DNA of 64,000 nt. Origin: Azolla caroliniana. Its lineage: Eukaryota; Plantae; Polypodiophyta. The DNA is taken from assembly GCA_043228905.1 (NCBI GenBank), contig JBHGNT010000014.1, positions 5,580,001 through 5,644,000 of the forward strand. The letters run 5' to 3'. Of this stretch, positions 1-13,469 are shown piece by piece (position 1 is the stretch's first letter; the number at the start of each line of letters is the position of its first letter). A program made the position numbers and the translations under genes. Under the pieces are notes generated by a model. It was not told the DNA's origin. It was given only the letters and a program-made list of their open reading frames with translations, and made no database searches.

Positions 1-154
1 GGGTCCAGTGTGTTCCGTCTATGTACGCGAGTAGGGTTCCCGTGTCGGGTCCATCGCCGCCTTGCTGGTTGTAACCGTCAGAGTTTGTAAGCTCTTGTTA
101 TTGTAATCAAGTGTTCCGTTCTATATCTCTCCTTCTCGCTTCTGCGTGTCTGTG

Positions 155-191
<37 letters not shown>

Positions 192-251
192 CCTCGGTCC
201 AAGACCCCCGTGGTCCCGCCCTTCTACGCGCACGCGCGTAACAACACGACA
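1..251 (+). mobile_element. 3' end of an LTR of the Trp-PBS/4-bp-TSD family, inserted into a copia integrase
   Basis: Ends ...CACGACA at 251; carries GGTCCAAGACCCCCGTGGTCCCGCCC, shared with LTR ends at ~55615, ~56958 and (reverse) ~60115; (CT)n tract; right flank ACGG; the copia ORF resumes at 252. Confidence 0.7.
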
Positions 252-1490
252 ACGGGTAGATGGGTTGTAGCATTTGTACCCCTTCTGTTCGAGTGAGTAT
301 CCTACGAGGATACATTTCTCCGACTTTGGGTCAAGCTTTTGCTGCGTATCGTCGGGAATATGTACATAGGCGATAGAACCGAAAATGCGGACATGTGACA
401 AGTCCGACTTCTTTCTGAAGAACTTCTCATGCGGAGTTATATCGTGTACTCCCGAGGTTGTGCACCTGTTCATGAGATATACGACCGTATTTACTGCTTC
501 TGCCCAATATGATTTCGGTAGGTTCTTCTGGTTCATCATGGCGCGTGCTGGTTCTACTACATGGTGATTTTTACACTCTGCTACGTCGTTTTGCTTAGGC
601 GTGTGTCAACACGAGATTCCTTCTTTTCGGAGATACGCCGTAAACACATTCGAAAAATATTCTTTGCCTCCATCTAATAGAAGACAACGTATATGCCGAC
701 CCATAGTTTTTTCGACTTCAGCCTTGAATGTCTAGAAGTGCCTGAACACTTCACTCTTCTGCTTCATCGGATAGATCCAGGTGTTCCTGGAGAAGTCGTC
801 GATGAATGTGACATAGTATCGGCACCCGTGGAATGTTATTGTTTGGGTTGGTCCCCACACATCTGAATGTACGACATCTAGGATTCCTTTGCTCACATTC
901 CGCTCTTTAGGGAATGGGTGATGGTGTTGCTTTCCGAACTAACATGCTTCGCATACGCTTGTAATCTCCTTCGCCGTAAAGTTCGGGAGTCTGATTACGA
1001 CTCCTTTCAATTGCATGTTCTAGAGTTTTTTGATGTGGCCGATTCTCTTGTGCCACAATTTCAAGTCGGTTTCGACTTTCTGGCCCTTTGCAAACATGGC
1101 CGACTTTACCTCGTTCGATTCGAGGATGAATATACGGCCTTCACGACGGCTGTGAGCTATGACTTGATCGCCTTTTACGATGACGCACCCATCGTTGTTG
1201 AAGCATACTTCCATTCCTTGTTCGATAGTCTGGCCAACTGAGACCAGGTTTTTCGTAATAGTGGGAACCTGCAACACGTTCTTGAGTTAGGTCCGTTTGC
1301 CGTCGTTTCCGAATGGGACGTTCCCAATATGATGTATTGGGTGAGTTGTGTCATCATAGTAAAAAATGCTTGATCAGGCAACCACGCGCTTTGATACCAT
1401 GTAAAGAAATGAGGAGGCAAGAGTGGTTGTAATGCAATGGAAGATGAGTGTGTGTCTCAAGACAGAGTGAGAGAGAGTGAGAGAGATAAG
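252..1490 (-). mobile_element. Degenerate Ty1/copia fragment (GAG-pre-integrase and integrase), Met PBS ~1385-1399 and LTR stub
   Basis: ORFs with YWAEAVNTVVYLMNR, KLDPKSEKCILVGYS and LWHKRIGH; revcomp TGGTATCAAAGCGCG next to TGTAAAG. Confidence 0.85.
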
Positions 1491-3140
1491 GAGGTATACT
1501 TATTGGTGCAACGCCAAGTACAATATCTATATGATGTTCTATATTACGTTTAGGAGGTAACCCATCTAGTAGTTCACTCGGAAAAACATCACGAAAATCA
1601 TTTAAGATTTCATCAAGTTGTTGTTCAAAATATGTTAATTGAACCGAGACATTATCAATATTGTAAACGTGAATGTCCGGATCAAGTACACAATAAAATA
1701 GAGTAGAACAAGACAATTCAGATATTGATGGACACGAGGAAACAATCGAGAGGGATTGTTTTTTGACACATTGAATAAAATGAGTACAATCATTCAGTAC
1801 AAAAGTTATTGAATGATGAACCCAATCAATAAATAAAGAAGAGTTTTTATTATAAAACCAGGGATAACCCAGTATTACATCGGTGGTACAAAGATTCATT
1901 ACATGGAAGTCTACTTCCTCTATATAAGTATCAATAGAAATTCCTTATGAATGAATTGCCCCATTGATGTATTGTACTCTTCCATCAGCCAAGTGCATTG
2001 TGTAGGTGTGATCACTTACGATGGGTTGGATTCCCCATATCTAAACCAAACGATCATTGACAAAGTTGTGTAAGCTTCTCGAATCAAATAAAAATTGTAC
2101 GGGAGATCCATTGATATACCCGTTTGCACGTAGTAAATCATTGGGACCCAATACATAGTGGGGGAAAGAACATTGACAATTACTTAAATGATGTGTATAG
2201 ACCTGAAGGACATTCGGAATCTGACCTTTATGGTCTGCAACTTTAGCTTTGTTGTCGTGCTCTTTCCATTGGAGCTTTCAACATTGCTATTTTGTATGAC
2301 CCTTCTCTTTGCAAAATACGCAAAAAGGGTGTTGCCACTTACAATCGCGATCCATGAATTCGTTGGGTGTCTTGCGTTTCCCAACGAATTGCGACTGCTT
2401 AGTCCCGGGCGCTTCGTTGGTTTTGTTGTGGTCCTTCTTCGAAGTGCATTGATAGCGAAGAACTATTTCAACGGCCTCTTTGAAGGATTTTGGATCCTTA
2501 TCGTGCACTATCCAGTGATAGTCCGAGTTGGGGATGCCATCTACATATTAAACATACACATGATTAGATGGGAGAAGAAAAAATAGACAAAAAAACAAGA
2601 AAGATTACCGAAGTTCCTTTGTTGATCCTTGTCTGCATGAAGGCCGACCGCACGTAGATCGATCGCCATCAATCAAAAACCCAAAAGACAACAAAAGAAA
2701 CATTAGAAAATGAGCTCTGATACCAACTATTAGAGACATAGACTAATGTAAGCATTAGATAACGATAGAATATAGATCTAGATAGAAAGGAGAGAGAGAA
2801 AGAAGGGTGTCGATCCACCCGACCACCCCCAAGCGAAGGGATCGAGACAAACTCGAGCCTCGATCGGCGTCCCATACCACCGTCGTGGCGTCGAGTCGTA
2901 CCTGGTGTTGGTGCACTCGCTACAAGAGTTGACCCAACACAAGACAGAGTCTCGACGTAGTCAACAAGACGATGAAATGAGGGTAGCTAGGCCTCTTATT
3001 TATAGCGATACCCAAGGCCCCGAGGCAAGTTCACACTTGGCCTAATGGGTTGTCTCAATCCCGAGGATTAAAAGTAATCCTCCCCTTCTTTACACTCTCG
3101 TTTAACCCTCACACTTATCCACGTGTATAGAATACTATGG
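1490..3140 (-). mobile_element. Degenerate Ty3/gypsy gag-protease fragment with Met PBS (~2711-2724) and LTR
   Basis: ORF DVILGYPW...DVFPSELLDGLPPKRNIEHHIDI; zinc-knuckle CVFCKEKGH; revcomp TGGTATCAGAGCTC; the far LTR end is approximate. Confidence 0.7.
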
Positions 3141-3845
3141 TAAATTCTAACCATGGGATATTAGATGGTCATGCCCGTAACAAATATACGGGGGGGCATA
3201 AGGGTATGTGTAATGATGTGGTTGATGTGTATGTGTAAAGTAAATGAGTGTGTGACGATGAGTATGTGTATGGACACATGCACAATTATGTGCATGTGTA
3301 CAAGAATGTTTAACGGTCTTATTCATAACGGTCATGTAACCGTTACATTGAATGTATTATATAAACCCCCTATGGGGTATGTAATGAATAGCTTTTTCCC
3401 TCTCACATTTGTGTCATTTTCTATTTGTCTCTCTCTCTAGCTCTCTAGGAGGGGGGTGAAGCCATTGTAGGTTTCAACGAACGGCCAACCCTCCTTTGAG
3501 AGGAAGTTCCCCTCTCTCCCTTTCTTTATGTCTATGTTGTGTGTACACCTATGAGTGTGGGTATGTGCTACTTCAAATGAAACCTAAAGCCAATGGCATC
3601 CATGGCTATGGTGCCTTAAGCTCCCACCGCCCCTCCTCATCACAATTCCTGAGAACGAAGTTTATCTCTGCATGCGTTTATCCATATGTCTCTGTCTCGC
3701 TTTCTATTTGTGTATTGTGTGTCAAGATGGCCCGTTAAGACTATGGCAAGTGAGCCAAAATCTCCTCCTCTTCCTTGTCCCTCTGCTCATCCTCCTCCGT
3801 ATAGAAGCCCTTTGATGAAGATATGGGAAGAAGAGGACGATCACC

Positions 3846-4305
3846 ATAGCTCTTTCTCGTTGTATCTCTGCAGGCCTCCTCTCCCGACCCTCTTCCTCGC
3901 CCTCGTCCTTGCCGAAAACCCTACGATCTCGCCATTTCTCTGCTGAGGCCTCCGCGCCTCTAATCTCCGGCAATGGATCCTCCGCTGACGAGTTCACTGG
4001 TAAAGGAAGCGTCGGATCTATCGCTCAAGCCATCGGTGCTATGGTTGATGTCAAGTTCGAGTCTGGCCTTCCTCCCATCCTCACTGCTCTCCAGGTTCAA
4101 AACCATAACATCAGAATTGTCCTTGAAGTCGCTCATAATCTCGGAGAGAGTACTGTTCGAACCATAGCCATGGATTCTACTGATGGTCTCGTTCATGGAC
4201 AGAAGGTTCTTAACATTGGTGCTCCAATCATGATTCTTGTGGGTAGGGCTACATTGGGGCGCATCATGAATGTGATTAGAGAACCAATTGATGAGAGAGA
4301 GATTG
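3846..4305 (+). pseudogene. ATP2: Intronless 5' fragment of nuclear-encoded mitochondrial F1 ATP synthase beta subunit, including transit peptide
   Basis: [10 protein letters not shown]...[20 protein letters not shown]...[46 protein letters not shown]; in-frame Ser/Arg-rich presequence starting at caccATAgct (ATG>ATA) at 3846; truncated against a retroelement gag. Confidence 0.9.
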
Positions 4306-5618
4306 AGAGTGGCTATGGAGTCTTCTTCTGTGCTTGAACTCCGCGACAAGTCGGAGCCCGATCAATGCTTGCGAGATAAAGGCGCATCACACTCCATGAG
4401 TTCCCTCTTTGACAATCGAAGTGAGTCATTGAAGCCATATTTTTCGAGTCGTTCCTTGAACTCCAACCAGTTCCGACAATCGGCTTGTATTTCAAGCACC
4501 TTTGCGTGGATGCTTGGCGTGACGATTCGGGAGAATCCTGAAAACCACCTATCATCCAAAATGTCTCTCATCAGCATTTCTGCCTTGACGGCCTCCAAGT
4601 AGTTTGTGACATCATTCCCATTAAATCGGTTGGTTGTGTCGACTATTGTCTCTATGGCCCTATCGAGGCCAACGAAAATCTCCTGAGCACTCACCAATCG
4701 ATCGACGGCCACCGCCATTGCTTTCGCGAGCTCGCTTCCTCTCATCCTTAAGCTCCTTTGCCACCCCTTTCACGTCGGGTTCACCAAAGATGTCACGGTT
4801 ATCAACGGCTAGCGGATTAGCTCGGGTAGGACCATCGGGGTCTCGAACCAAGAGGCTTTGAGAAAGAGCAGTCTCTAAGCTTGCAGTGTCCTAATCGGCT
4901 CGGTTGCCGGAGATCTCTACAAAGCACACGGGCTCGTAAGACCTATATCCAATTTGGCACGGTCACCGAATTCCAGAACTTAAGCACACGAGCTCTCAAA
5001 CACGAAGAGTGAACGCAACATAGAGGAGGGACAAGTGCCTCCCCAGAAAACGACAAATAAGACGCAGATATGGATATGACACAAGACAGGAGCAAAGAAC
5101 TCAGAAAGTATCCGAATACAACAAACCTGATATTTGATTAAACAGAGAAAGAATACAAAGAACGGCCTACCGGCCAAAGCTTTGAAATCTACAAAATGCC
5201 CTGATTGGTGAGCCTTTAGTCGGGAGGATGCAGGCTTCCTATGTGAGCAGAGGCCTCACACCTACCTATCCGAACATAACAAAAACCTAATAACACTCAA
5301 CCGCGCAACTGACAGTGTCTTCCCCTCCAAATTGATCGAAGCCCAAAACGGTCTTCCTTCCCTCCTTTTATAGCTCGAGGGTCAGTTACATCAGCTTTAT
5401 GACCGCCAATTTCTATTAGTGATCCTCCCCTCACAAACTTTATTCCCCTCTTTTTATGGGATCTTAAAAGTACCTATTAATTTATGTTGTCTTGTACTTA
5501 TTAACACTCTAGTTATTTATATTTGTTTTATACAAAGATCTTTCATGTGCAAATGTGCACATCCCCGTTCACACGTGGTCGGCGACATTTCTCCTTATGG
5601 CCAGAATCCTTCATAACA
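4306..5618 (-). mobile_element. Truncated Trp-PBS LTR element: LTR 4791-5618, PBS 4769-4786, gag-like ORF 4745-4362
   Basis: Revcomp PBS TGGTGAACCCGACGTGAA; ORF MRGSELAKAMAVAVDRLV..FNGNDVTNYLEA matches the ORF at 39411; LTR start resembles 38582; outer flank ACGT. Confidence 0.8.
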
Positions 5619-5714
5619 ACGTATTAGGATGTAAGTCCTATATTAAATGAAATTGGTAGTGGTGGATCTAGAATGTATCCCCACTTAAGTACAAGTATAA
5701 AATCCTATTTAAGA

Positions 5715-5942
5715 CTTTATAGCCAACACTCTTAACTAAGATTCTATTTAGGTAACTACTAAGTTACGTGGTTGACTTAATGACTAAACTTAGTTGAGCT
5801 TGACATCTCAACATCATTTCCTAATCCCTAAATGCAGATTAATATAAAGACTTTAAAGTCAACACTCTAACTAAGATTCTATTTAGGTAACTACTAAGTT
5901 ACGTGGTTGACTTAATGACTAAACTTAGTTGAGCTTGACATC
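5715..5942. repeat. Tandem duplication of a ~115-120 bp unit (2 copies)
   Basis: CAACACTC(T)TAACTAAGATTCTATTTAGG...GAGCTTGACATC occurs twice. Confidence 0.85.
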
Positions 5943-6658
5943 AATTGAGAAACCAGTATCAAACAAATGAATGTTCTCTAAATCTCCTCTACATTTTATG
6001 TCATGCACCCAATGATTTCCCAATATTTCACTAATTCTTCGATTATATTTTCCCAACCACTACATTACATTACTTCATTTCACCCTCCATTTGCTGAAAT
6101 GCATTTCCCTAACCCCCTTCCCCAGCAAACAAACCAACATTGCAATGTGTTCCGTCTCAATATTGACTACTTCATGGCAAAACACAATGCAACTGACAAC
6201 CTAGAATCCCATGCATAAATATACAATTTAATCACAATCTCTAGTGGGAGTATGGCATTGTTGACAAAGCAACGTCTTTAGATGTACAATTTCATTGCAT
6301 GTCTTGATCAAAGATGGCGCAACCTAATTTCTGTTACTTTATTTTGCAACATTCACAAGTTAAGGAGATTGAATATACACGATCATAATCATAATTTTTA
6401 AAATGAAGGAAGATTGCACATTCAATCATTATCACTAAAACCGTTATGACTACAAACAAAGTACGGGGCGAGGTTAGAGGCACACACACTCACCCACCCT
6501 CTAATAATAGTGGGGTTCACCCTAGATTGATTGTGTACATACATATACATATGTATAGGAGGGGGAATGGGATGGTTAGTTAGTAAGGAAGCAATGTGCG
6601 TATCATCATAGTGAGAATAAATACAATGAACAGCATTGTGAAAGATTAGATTAGAATT

Positions 6659-6698
6659 GTCCCACATACAAAGGCAACAAAGCGAGTTGTCTATAAAA
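6659..6698 (+). promoter_or_regulatory. Plant snRNA promoter: USE (GTCCCACATAC, 6659-6669) and TATA box (6692-6698), Pol II-type spacing
   Basis: Matches the plant USE consensus RTCCCACATCG at 10/11; TATA about 30 nt upstream of the U1 start. Confidence 0.8.
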
Positions 6699-6723
6699 GG
6701 AAGGCGCTTAGTGATGCTAGAAC

Positions 6724-6840
6724 ATACTTACCTAGGCGGGGTCTATCGGTGATCAGCAAGGCCGATGGCTTAGAGCTGGCGCCTCCATTGCACTATCGGA
6801 GGGGCTGTTTGCTCTAGCATCTCATTCTGATAATTCTCCA
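6724..6840 (+). ncRNA. U1: U1 snRNA variant or pseudogene, 3'-truncated or degenerate
   Basis: ATACTTACCT 5' end; stem-loop I with GATCAGCAAG loop; stem-loop II with ATTGCAC (U1A site) closed by CCTCC/GGAGG; no canonical Sm site or stem-loop IV. Confidence 0.85.
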
Positions 6841-7322
6841 GCTTTCCATAAAACCCCCAATTCATTGATCAAAATGCAAAAAAGAAATGGGATAAGGGGG
6901 GGAGTATCAACATAGTGAAACAACCAACAAATAAGAAAGATTCCTATCAAGTTATAGATAAAAATAATCCCAGAATAACCATTCGTTGGAAATACGGACA
7001 TAATGGTGGTTTTATTAAGATAGGTTTACAGGGCTTTTGCATCAACTAACAACATTGTTCAAAAAACTGACAAGCATTTCAAGTTTCTCAACAAAGAAGC
7101 CAAGTTACAAATTGCACGGATGCAACACACGCATGCACACACATTCACCCAAGTACATCCATCCCAAGGGTAAGACCATTATTATCCTGGATAAATAAAT
7201 AAATAATAATATTGCAAAAGCCGAGGTCGACATCTATAACACCTATAACGCAGTGAGCAATCCATACATCTCTCATCCTCCAACTTTGGATTTGAAAAAT
7301 TAAACTAATGAAAATCTGCTTG

Positions 7323-10300
7323 TTATGATGCATCCGTATGTACATCCTCCACTTCAGAATTGAAAACAAAGCTGGGGAATGTTGTTGTTATATCCCTACA
7401 AAACATACTCATCCAATAATGAAATTGTTTCTAGTCTCAGGATCCAATTCGCGAAATTGAAATACAGTTGAAAAGATGTGATGTGCGATTATTACTTCAG
7501 ATAAGGCAGGGTCATTATCTTCGTAACAGATGGATTGCGGCATGCAAAATTCCTCCATTCATCGATATCTATCTTCCCATCCCTATTCATATCTGCTTCA
7601 GTAAAGGTCTGAAACACACATAAAATTAAATTTTTTGTCATGATTTTCTGAATTAGTTTCCATGGGATCCAATAACAGGACAGTAAATTTTTAGCACGCT
7701 TTTCCAAAGAGCATGAATATTACTTTATCCAAGATTGTTTCGGTCACTTCATCAGATAGCCTCATTTCTGATTCTGCCAACAATGCATCCAGCATCATTT
7801 TCACCTAAGACAACATTTTCGAAAGATTCAGAAGAATTCTCATATAAGTTATGCCACACAATCCTAGCTTACTTTCATGTCGTACATATACCTTTATAAG
7901 ACCAGGATATTGGGTGCATGTGTCAGCAAATGAAAGAGAAAGAGAGCAGGAGAAAAAAGAAAGAAAAAGATACATAAACGTCTAAAAAACCATAATGGTC
8001 TCTAAGGCCTATAGGATCAGAATTCCTCATGTTAGCTTGTCAATATAAGTAACAAAAGATAAAATGTCATTCTACTCTCGCTTTTCCTAAAATAAATTAA
8101 GAGATGGAACTTACGGCTTTCACCAACTTCCAAGGGAACAATATAAATATAAATATATATATATAAGAGAAGCATGCAGATGTATACACAATGGGAAGTC
8201 CATCTTAAGGGGCTTAAATTTCATGAACTCCTTCCACACAGTGTAGCCTAGATAGTAACTCACCATGAACACCTGCTATCAAGTTCCATGACCATGTAAA
8301 ACAAATTATTATATCAGCACTCATATGAAGTAATTCTGGATAAACCAACCAATGCACAGTTCTTATTGTCTCTAAAGAGATTGGTAGATAAAAGCAAAGA
8401 AGAAGCGTAGCACAAAAGTCAAAATCCAACTATACAATTTTGACTTTCAGTGTCACATGGTACATTACCCTCTTCCCATTCATTACATGTCGCTTCAAGT
8501 AGCATTCAATTCTACAGGCAAAATCTAGAACATTTTAGCAAATGTAGAAACCCACATATTGTGGAAGAACTTGTATTGGTTCTTTTTCCAACCTTTTTTC
8601 CATGTGATGTGTCCATGTATATGTCGTGATCATTTGTCAGGATAGTAAGTTAAGAAACCTAGGATCCAGTTATTTTCCGGAGAATTAAATCTCACAGAAA
8701 CTTTAACTTTATCTCTGAAACAAATGATTACACACCAGTATGGAGGAAAAAAAGCATGCAAAATAAACAACAGAAGACTATATATTGTGATTTGGCTTTA
8801 TGTTTACATTAGTATACCGCTGAAGCTCCTAAATATAAGCTTTTGCTTAAAACAGAAGGCACATATGGTGCAACTAGAATGAGGGCTCGCCCAAAATCAT
8901 AGTACACTAAAGTTATTTAACATTCAAAATAATATACCATATGGCAAACAGCAGAAGCTGTCATAAAGTATATATAGTAGATCTTCCTATATTTTTTATG
9001 TTGGATACAAGAAAGGCAAAAATAGCACGTTGTAAGGGAAAAGAGAAAAACAGGCTCCATTGGCAACTACAGATGGAACAAAATTCTAAAGGGGAAACAA
9101 ATTAAGATTTTACAAACTATACACGGTTAATACCAAGCACCATCTGAAATCACCACTTGTTTAAATTTAGCAACACCATTGGAAAGTATTGTCTGCTTTG
9201 TAGCTTAGTATTTTCACATATATTTACAAAATTCACACATATTTATGGAGATATGATAAAGGTCACCTCTTCTCGTTCAATGAATCCAGTGTTTCTCAGG
9301 TCATAAAGCTTAAAAGCAACTGCAATGAATAAAATCCATCATATTTAAGAAACCAAAAAAGTGAACAAGAAGCATTTATCCGTGGGATTTTTCTCTTACA
9401 GTCAATTTTGTCTTCTGCTGGTGCATGTGGATGGAATACACTTAATGACCTCACAAATTCACCAAACTCTATAACTCCATTTTTCTTGAAATCGAACACA
9501 TCGAAGACCTACACATTCAAAAAAACTCAATCAGAACATGCCAGAAAGCTTTATGGCCAGTTTAACACTGATAAAAAACCATGCTTTACTTATTTCAATA
9601 AAAATTTCAGCAAAAGTATTTTCTCTCAATAGGACAAATTCTGCAACTAGATAGTACAGAAATGTTTTGTCACAATAACCATTGAGAATAAAATATCATA
9701 GTTACAAAAACCCTTGGGAGTTTCTCAGAATCCATAGCTTGTATGGGGTTCCTTTGTCCCATATGCTTATCTCTTAGAGGTTCAACCTATAACCCTATGT
9801 CTCCTTTTGAATCTCTTATTTCTCGCCTTCTCGGAATCTAGTACTATCACATAGCTTTGGGGTGATCCAGAAGTTATTGTGCCTTGCGAACTCAATCGTG
9901 ACCTTTCCTTCATCAGAGCTTCACCTCAAGAAGAATCGACTACTTCATGAGCAGATGCGATGGTATCCACACAGCATCCATGCTTACTAAAACTTTACAT
10001 AAGTAAGCATCTACCATATTTCTAACACTTCTCTAGTGAATTATTGTCACACAATTCAATCAGAAGCCAAGAAAAGAGGTCGGTCCTTCAAACAGCATAC
10101 ATACATGCTAAAAGATATAATACAGAACATAATTGTTGAAAAATACATTGAAAGATACCCTGTCTGCAAAGAGATTTTCTTTTTTGCTATTTTTGAACAA
10201 TGCAAGTTGAAACTCCTCCTGAGAAATTAAACCAAATGAAAATCAGTAGTTTAGTTATAAATATGTGAATCTATAGATGCAAGAGACTCGATCAGTACCT

Positions 10301-11651
10301 TGTGTATCAAGCCGTCATCTATGACAGAACTGCTAATCTTCTTGAAAAGTTCATATAAGGCCTCCACTTCACTCACACTGACTATGGACAGCAGAAAATA
10401 CATATAAAGTTTTACTCGGGAGTTGCGACAAATCACAACACATACACAAACCATAGCATATCACAGTGGAAACAAGAAAAACATCAACGTATCCTACAAA
10501 GTTCTGGGTTGCTAGGTCCAGTCTTAGAAGTGAGAAGCTCATCTCCATAATTTTCCTTTTCCATTTAGTGTGTAATAGTTTTGCTTAGATAACTTCGTGT
10601 TAGTCGTTATTTCCTTCTTTTGTTTACCTAATTAGTGATTTTTTAAGCTCTCCCCAATATTCAAAAATGTTTGGTGGCTTTTTTGCCACTTATGATATCA
10701 AAGGAACTTTGTGATATTTTGTTAGCAAACGACCCATACAAAAGCTAATTTTAGTAAGAATTTTTTTAAAACTGATTTAACTTGATAATACCTAGATAAG
10801 GCATAGTTCAGAGTACTAAATAAGAAAGTGCTGTCCAACTCCGATTCAGGATAGCAATCAATTAGATATTACCAACATGTACAAGATGCTTAACATCCAA
10901 GAAGCATTGTTGAAGCTCAATATCAAATGTGAAACTTCAAGAAGGATTGGGTTCAATTTCAACCTCCACCTGCTTCGGGTAAGTGGTGTGAGACAAAAGT
11001 AGATATCACAAGCGTCTATAGTAAGTATTGCCAAGAGGTTAAATCATTGACAAATATTTATTAGGTAAGCATGGTTGACTAATGAGCTGATCTTTAAAAC
11101 CCAAGAGTATATTTTGCTAACACAAACTAATTGTAGTAAATATGAGGGAACCATTTAATTAACTAAAGATGGATGATTTTAACGTAAGACCCAGAGTTCA
11201 GTGTGTTGAACGAGTAAGTTCACTCCCAGCCCCAAATCAGGGTAATGACCCATGGGATTCTGATAATAAGCGTAATCTGTTTCAAAAAGTAGCATTGCTG
11301 AACCTCAATATCTAATGTAAAACTTCAAGATTATCAGATTCAACCTCCACCTCCTTTACAGAAGTAGTTTCCCAATTAATTGATCAAGCATCAGTGTCAC
11401 CATGCACACATGAAATGTGTGAGTTTCAAATGATGCACATGCATGTGACCGACATGAAGGTTAGAGAATGACCACTGCTTACCTACATGAGGTTTATATT
11501 GTTACAGGAGTGTCACATGCCATGCATTTTGACAGAATAAAGGTTAAAGAATCACAGTGGTTTGCTTACATGAAGTCGCTTCTGCAAGATCCGCAGGGTT
11601 CTCATATCCCGGAGGTGGCTTCTTGGTGATTTTAGATGTGAAGCAGCCCAT
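7323..11651 (-). CDS. CBL: Calcineurin B-like (CBL) calcium sensor, 217 aa; exons 11651-11570, 10381-10299, 10218-10159, 9508-9400, 9319-9267, 7804-7724, 7608-7496, 7395-7323
   Basis: All introns GT-AG and phases sum to 654 nt; MGCFTSK N-terminus, [20 protein letters not shown]-hand loops ([38 protein letters not shown]), [17 protein letters not shown]. Confidence 0.95.
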
Positions 11652-12774
11652 GTAAAGTAGCTCAACATCCAAAGGAAACAAGACTCCTGCCAAACTGCAT
11701 TCAAGTTCAATGAGTGATACAACTTACACGACATTCCTATCCTTTCAAAACAACGGACACTGCATACTATGGCAGCAAATTAAACACTCCGAGACCATAT
11801 ATTTTAGTAGCCGACAAAGTGAACACGTATCGCAGAGAAAAACTCCCATGTTTTTCCAGAACAAAAGAAGCATAATATGAATTTGTACAAGAAAAAAGTT
11901 ACAGCTAAACAAAACTTCAATCCACATCTGCACTTTGCAAGTCTAATATACCAACACAGTGTAGAGAAGAGATTGCTCAACTACAATGGCATCGAAGCAA
12001 AGTTTAATCATGTAAAAGCATACCCTTAGACAATAAGGTTTACATACAAGAATAAACAATCATAATGAAGCCAGCAACGAAATATTTTTTGCTTATGACA
12101 ATTAAACGTATCTGGATAATAAATTTGAGAAAAAGGTTACCCAAAATGGGCACACTAAATAACACTTAAGAAATGAAAGAGATCAAATTCTCCACTCTCT
12201 GCCCCTAGAAATTAGAATAAGACATAGATTATCAAGGAATAAGGCTCCAACAGAATATAAATTCAACAAACTCTCTCTTTTGATATAGGGGAGGCCCCAC
12301 GCTCCATCTATTCAGAAGGGAAACATAGTCATTCTCAATTATGAGACCGTGGATGAAAAGTTTGAAGTTCTTCAACAAGAAAAGTTGCTATGCTGATGTA
12401 GTATTGGATTAAGCTTTTGATAGCAGACGGGTTCACACCAAGAGGTAAAGCAATACATAAATAGTTATCTTAAACTTGAGTTATTTGTGGATATTATATG
12501 TAACATTATGTCCCCTTTATACATATAGGGATAGCATTTGGATATTCTGATTTAGTTTGGAGAATTTTCATTTGCAGAAGAAGCAATGGAATAATTCGTA
12601 CAGGCTGAGTGATGATGGATGAAAGTACAGAACAGAACTAGAATGAATGAATTTTCAAACAAACGGATTTAGAATGAACGAAAGAAAGAAAGAAATTACT
12701 AAAAGATCGAGAAAATGCTTCCTCTGAAACGAGAAAAAAGGAAAGATAAGGAGATCTAATAAATGAAGAAATAC

Positions 12775-13095
12775 CTGGTTCGATAGGAGGATATCAGATG
12801 AAGTGTGGTGGTGTGGAGTGGTGGCGCAGATCAATCGTGATGGAATTAGCAATGTCTGCTTAAAGAGTTATAGAAAGTGATGAGACGAAGAAGAAGAAGA
12901 AGACACTGTTAATTTGTGAGAAGAAATTGACGAGTGATACTTGGATTCGTGATCTCCGCTCGAGATCTTCTCTAAAGGAGGAGAAGATGATGAAAGAAAG
13001 AAGGAAATAGAAAGAAGAAGATGCGATCGATCACAATCTCTTCCTGGTTAATCCAACATTATTCAGTTTTAATTTTCTTTTCTTTCTATTTAAGA
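12775..13095 (-). promoter_or_regulatory. Probable non-coding first exon and promoter of the CBL gene
   Basis: CT-rich leader-like sequence on the minus strand; donor CAG/GTAT near 12775; TATA-like TTAAATAG near 13090. Confidence 0.45.
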
Positions 13096-13239
13096 GGCAT
13101 CGCCATCTTCATGCCTTCAAGAAAGAAGCCCAAGACGACAAGAGGTTTATGAAGAAATTAAAGCGACAGAGATAACGACACCAAAAAAAAAAAAATCTCT
13201 TTCTTTCAAGTCACAAGCAGCCGTCGATGGTGATTTCAG

Positions 13240-13433
13240 AAGATGAAGATGAAGATGAAGATGAAGATGAAAACAAGAGAGTTTCGTGAAGCACGATTGA
13301 ATAGCGATGGCAATAACAAATCTAGATATGTATATCTCTTGTTCTTTTTGGATGGAATCACGCATTCCCCATCGCTGCCATGTTACAGATGCGATGAAGA
13401 AGAAGAAAAGAAAAAAGACGCAGAGCTTTGTGA

Positions 13434-13469
<36 letters not shown>

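Noticed and set aside
3846-4305. ATP synthase beta as an organellar insertion (NUMT/NUPT) or a functional gene
   Set aside because: It has a mitochondrial presequence (nuclear type), a mutated start codon and only about a quarter of the protein.
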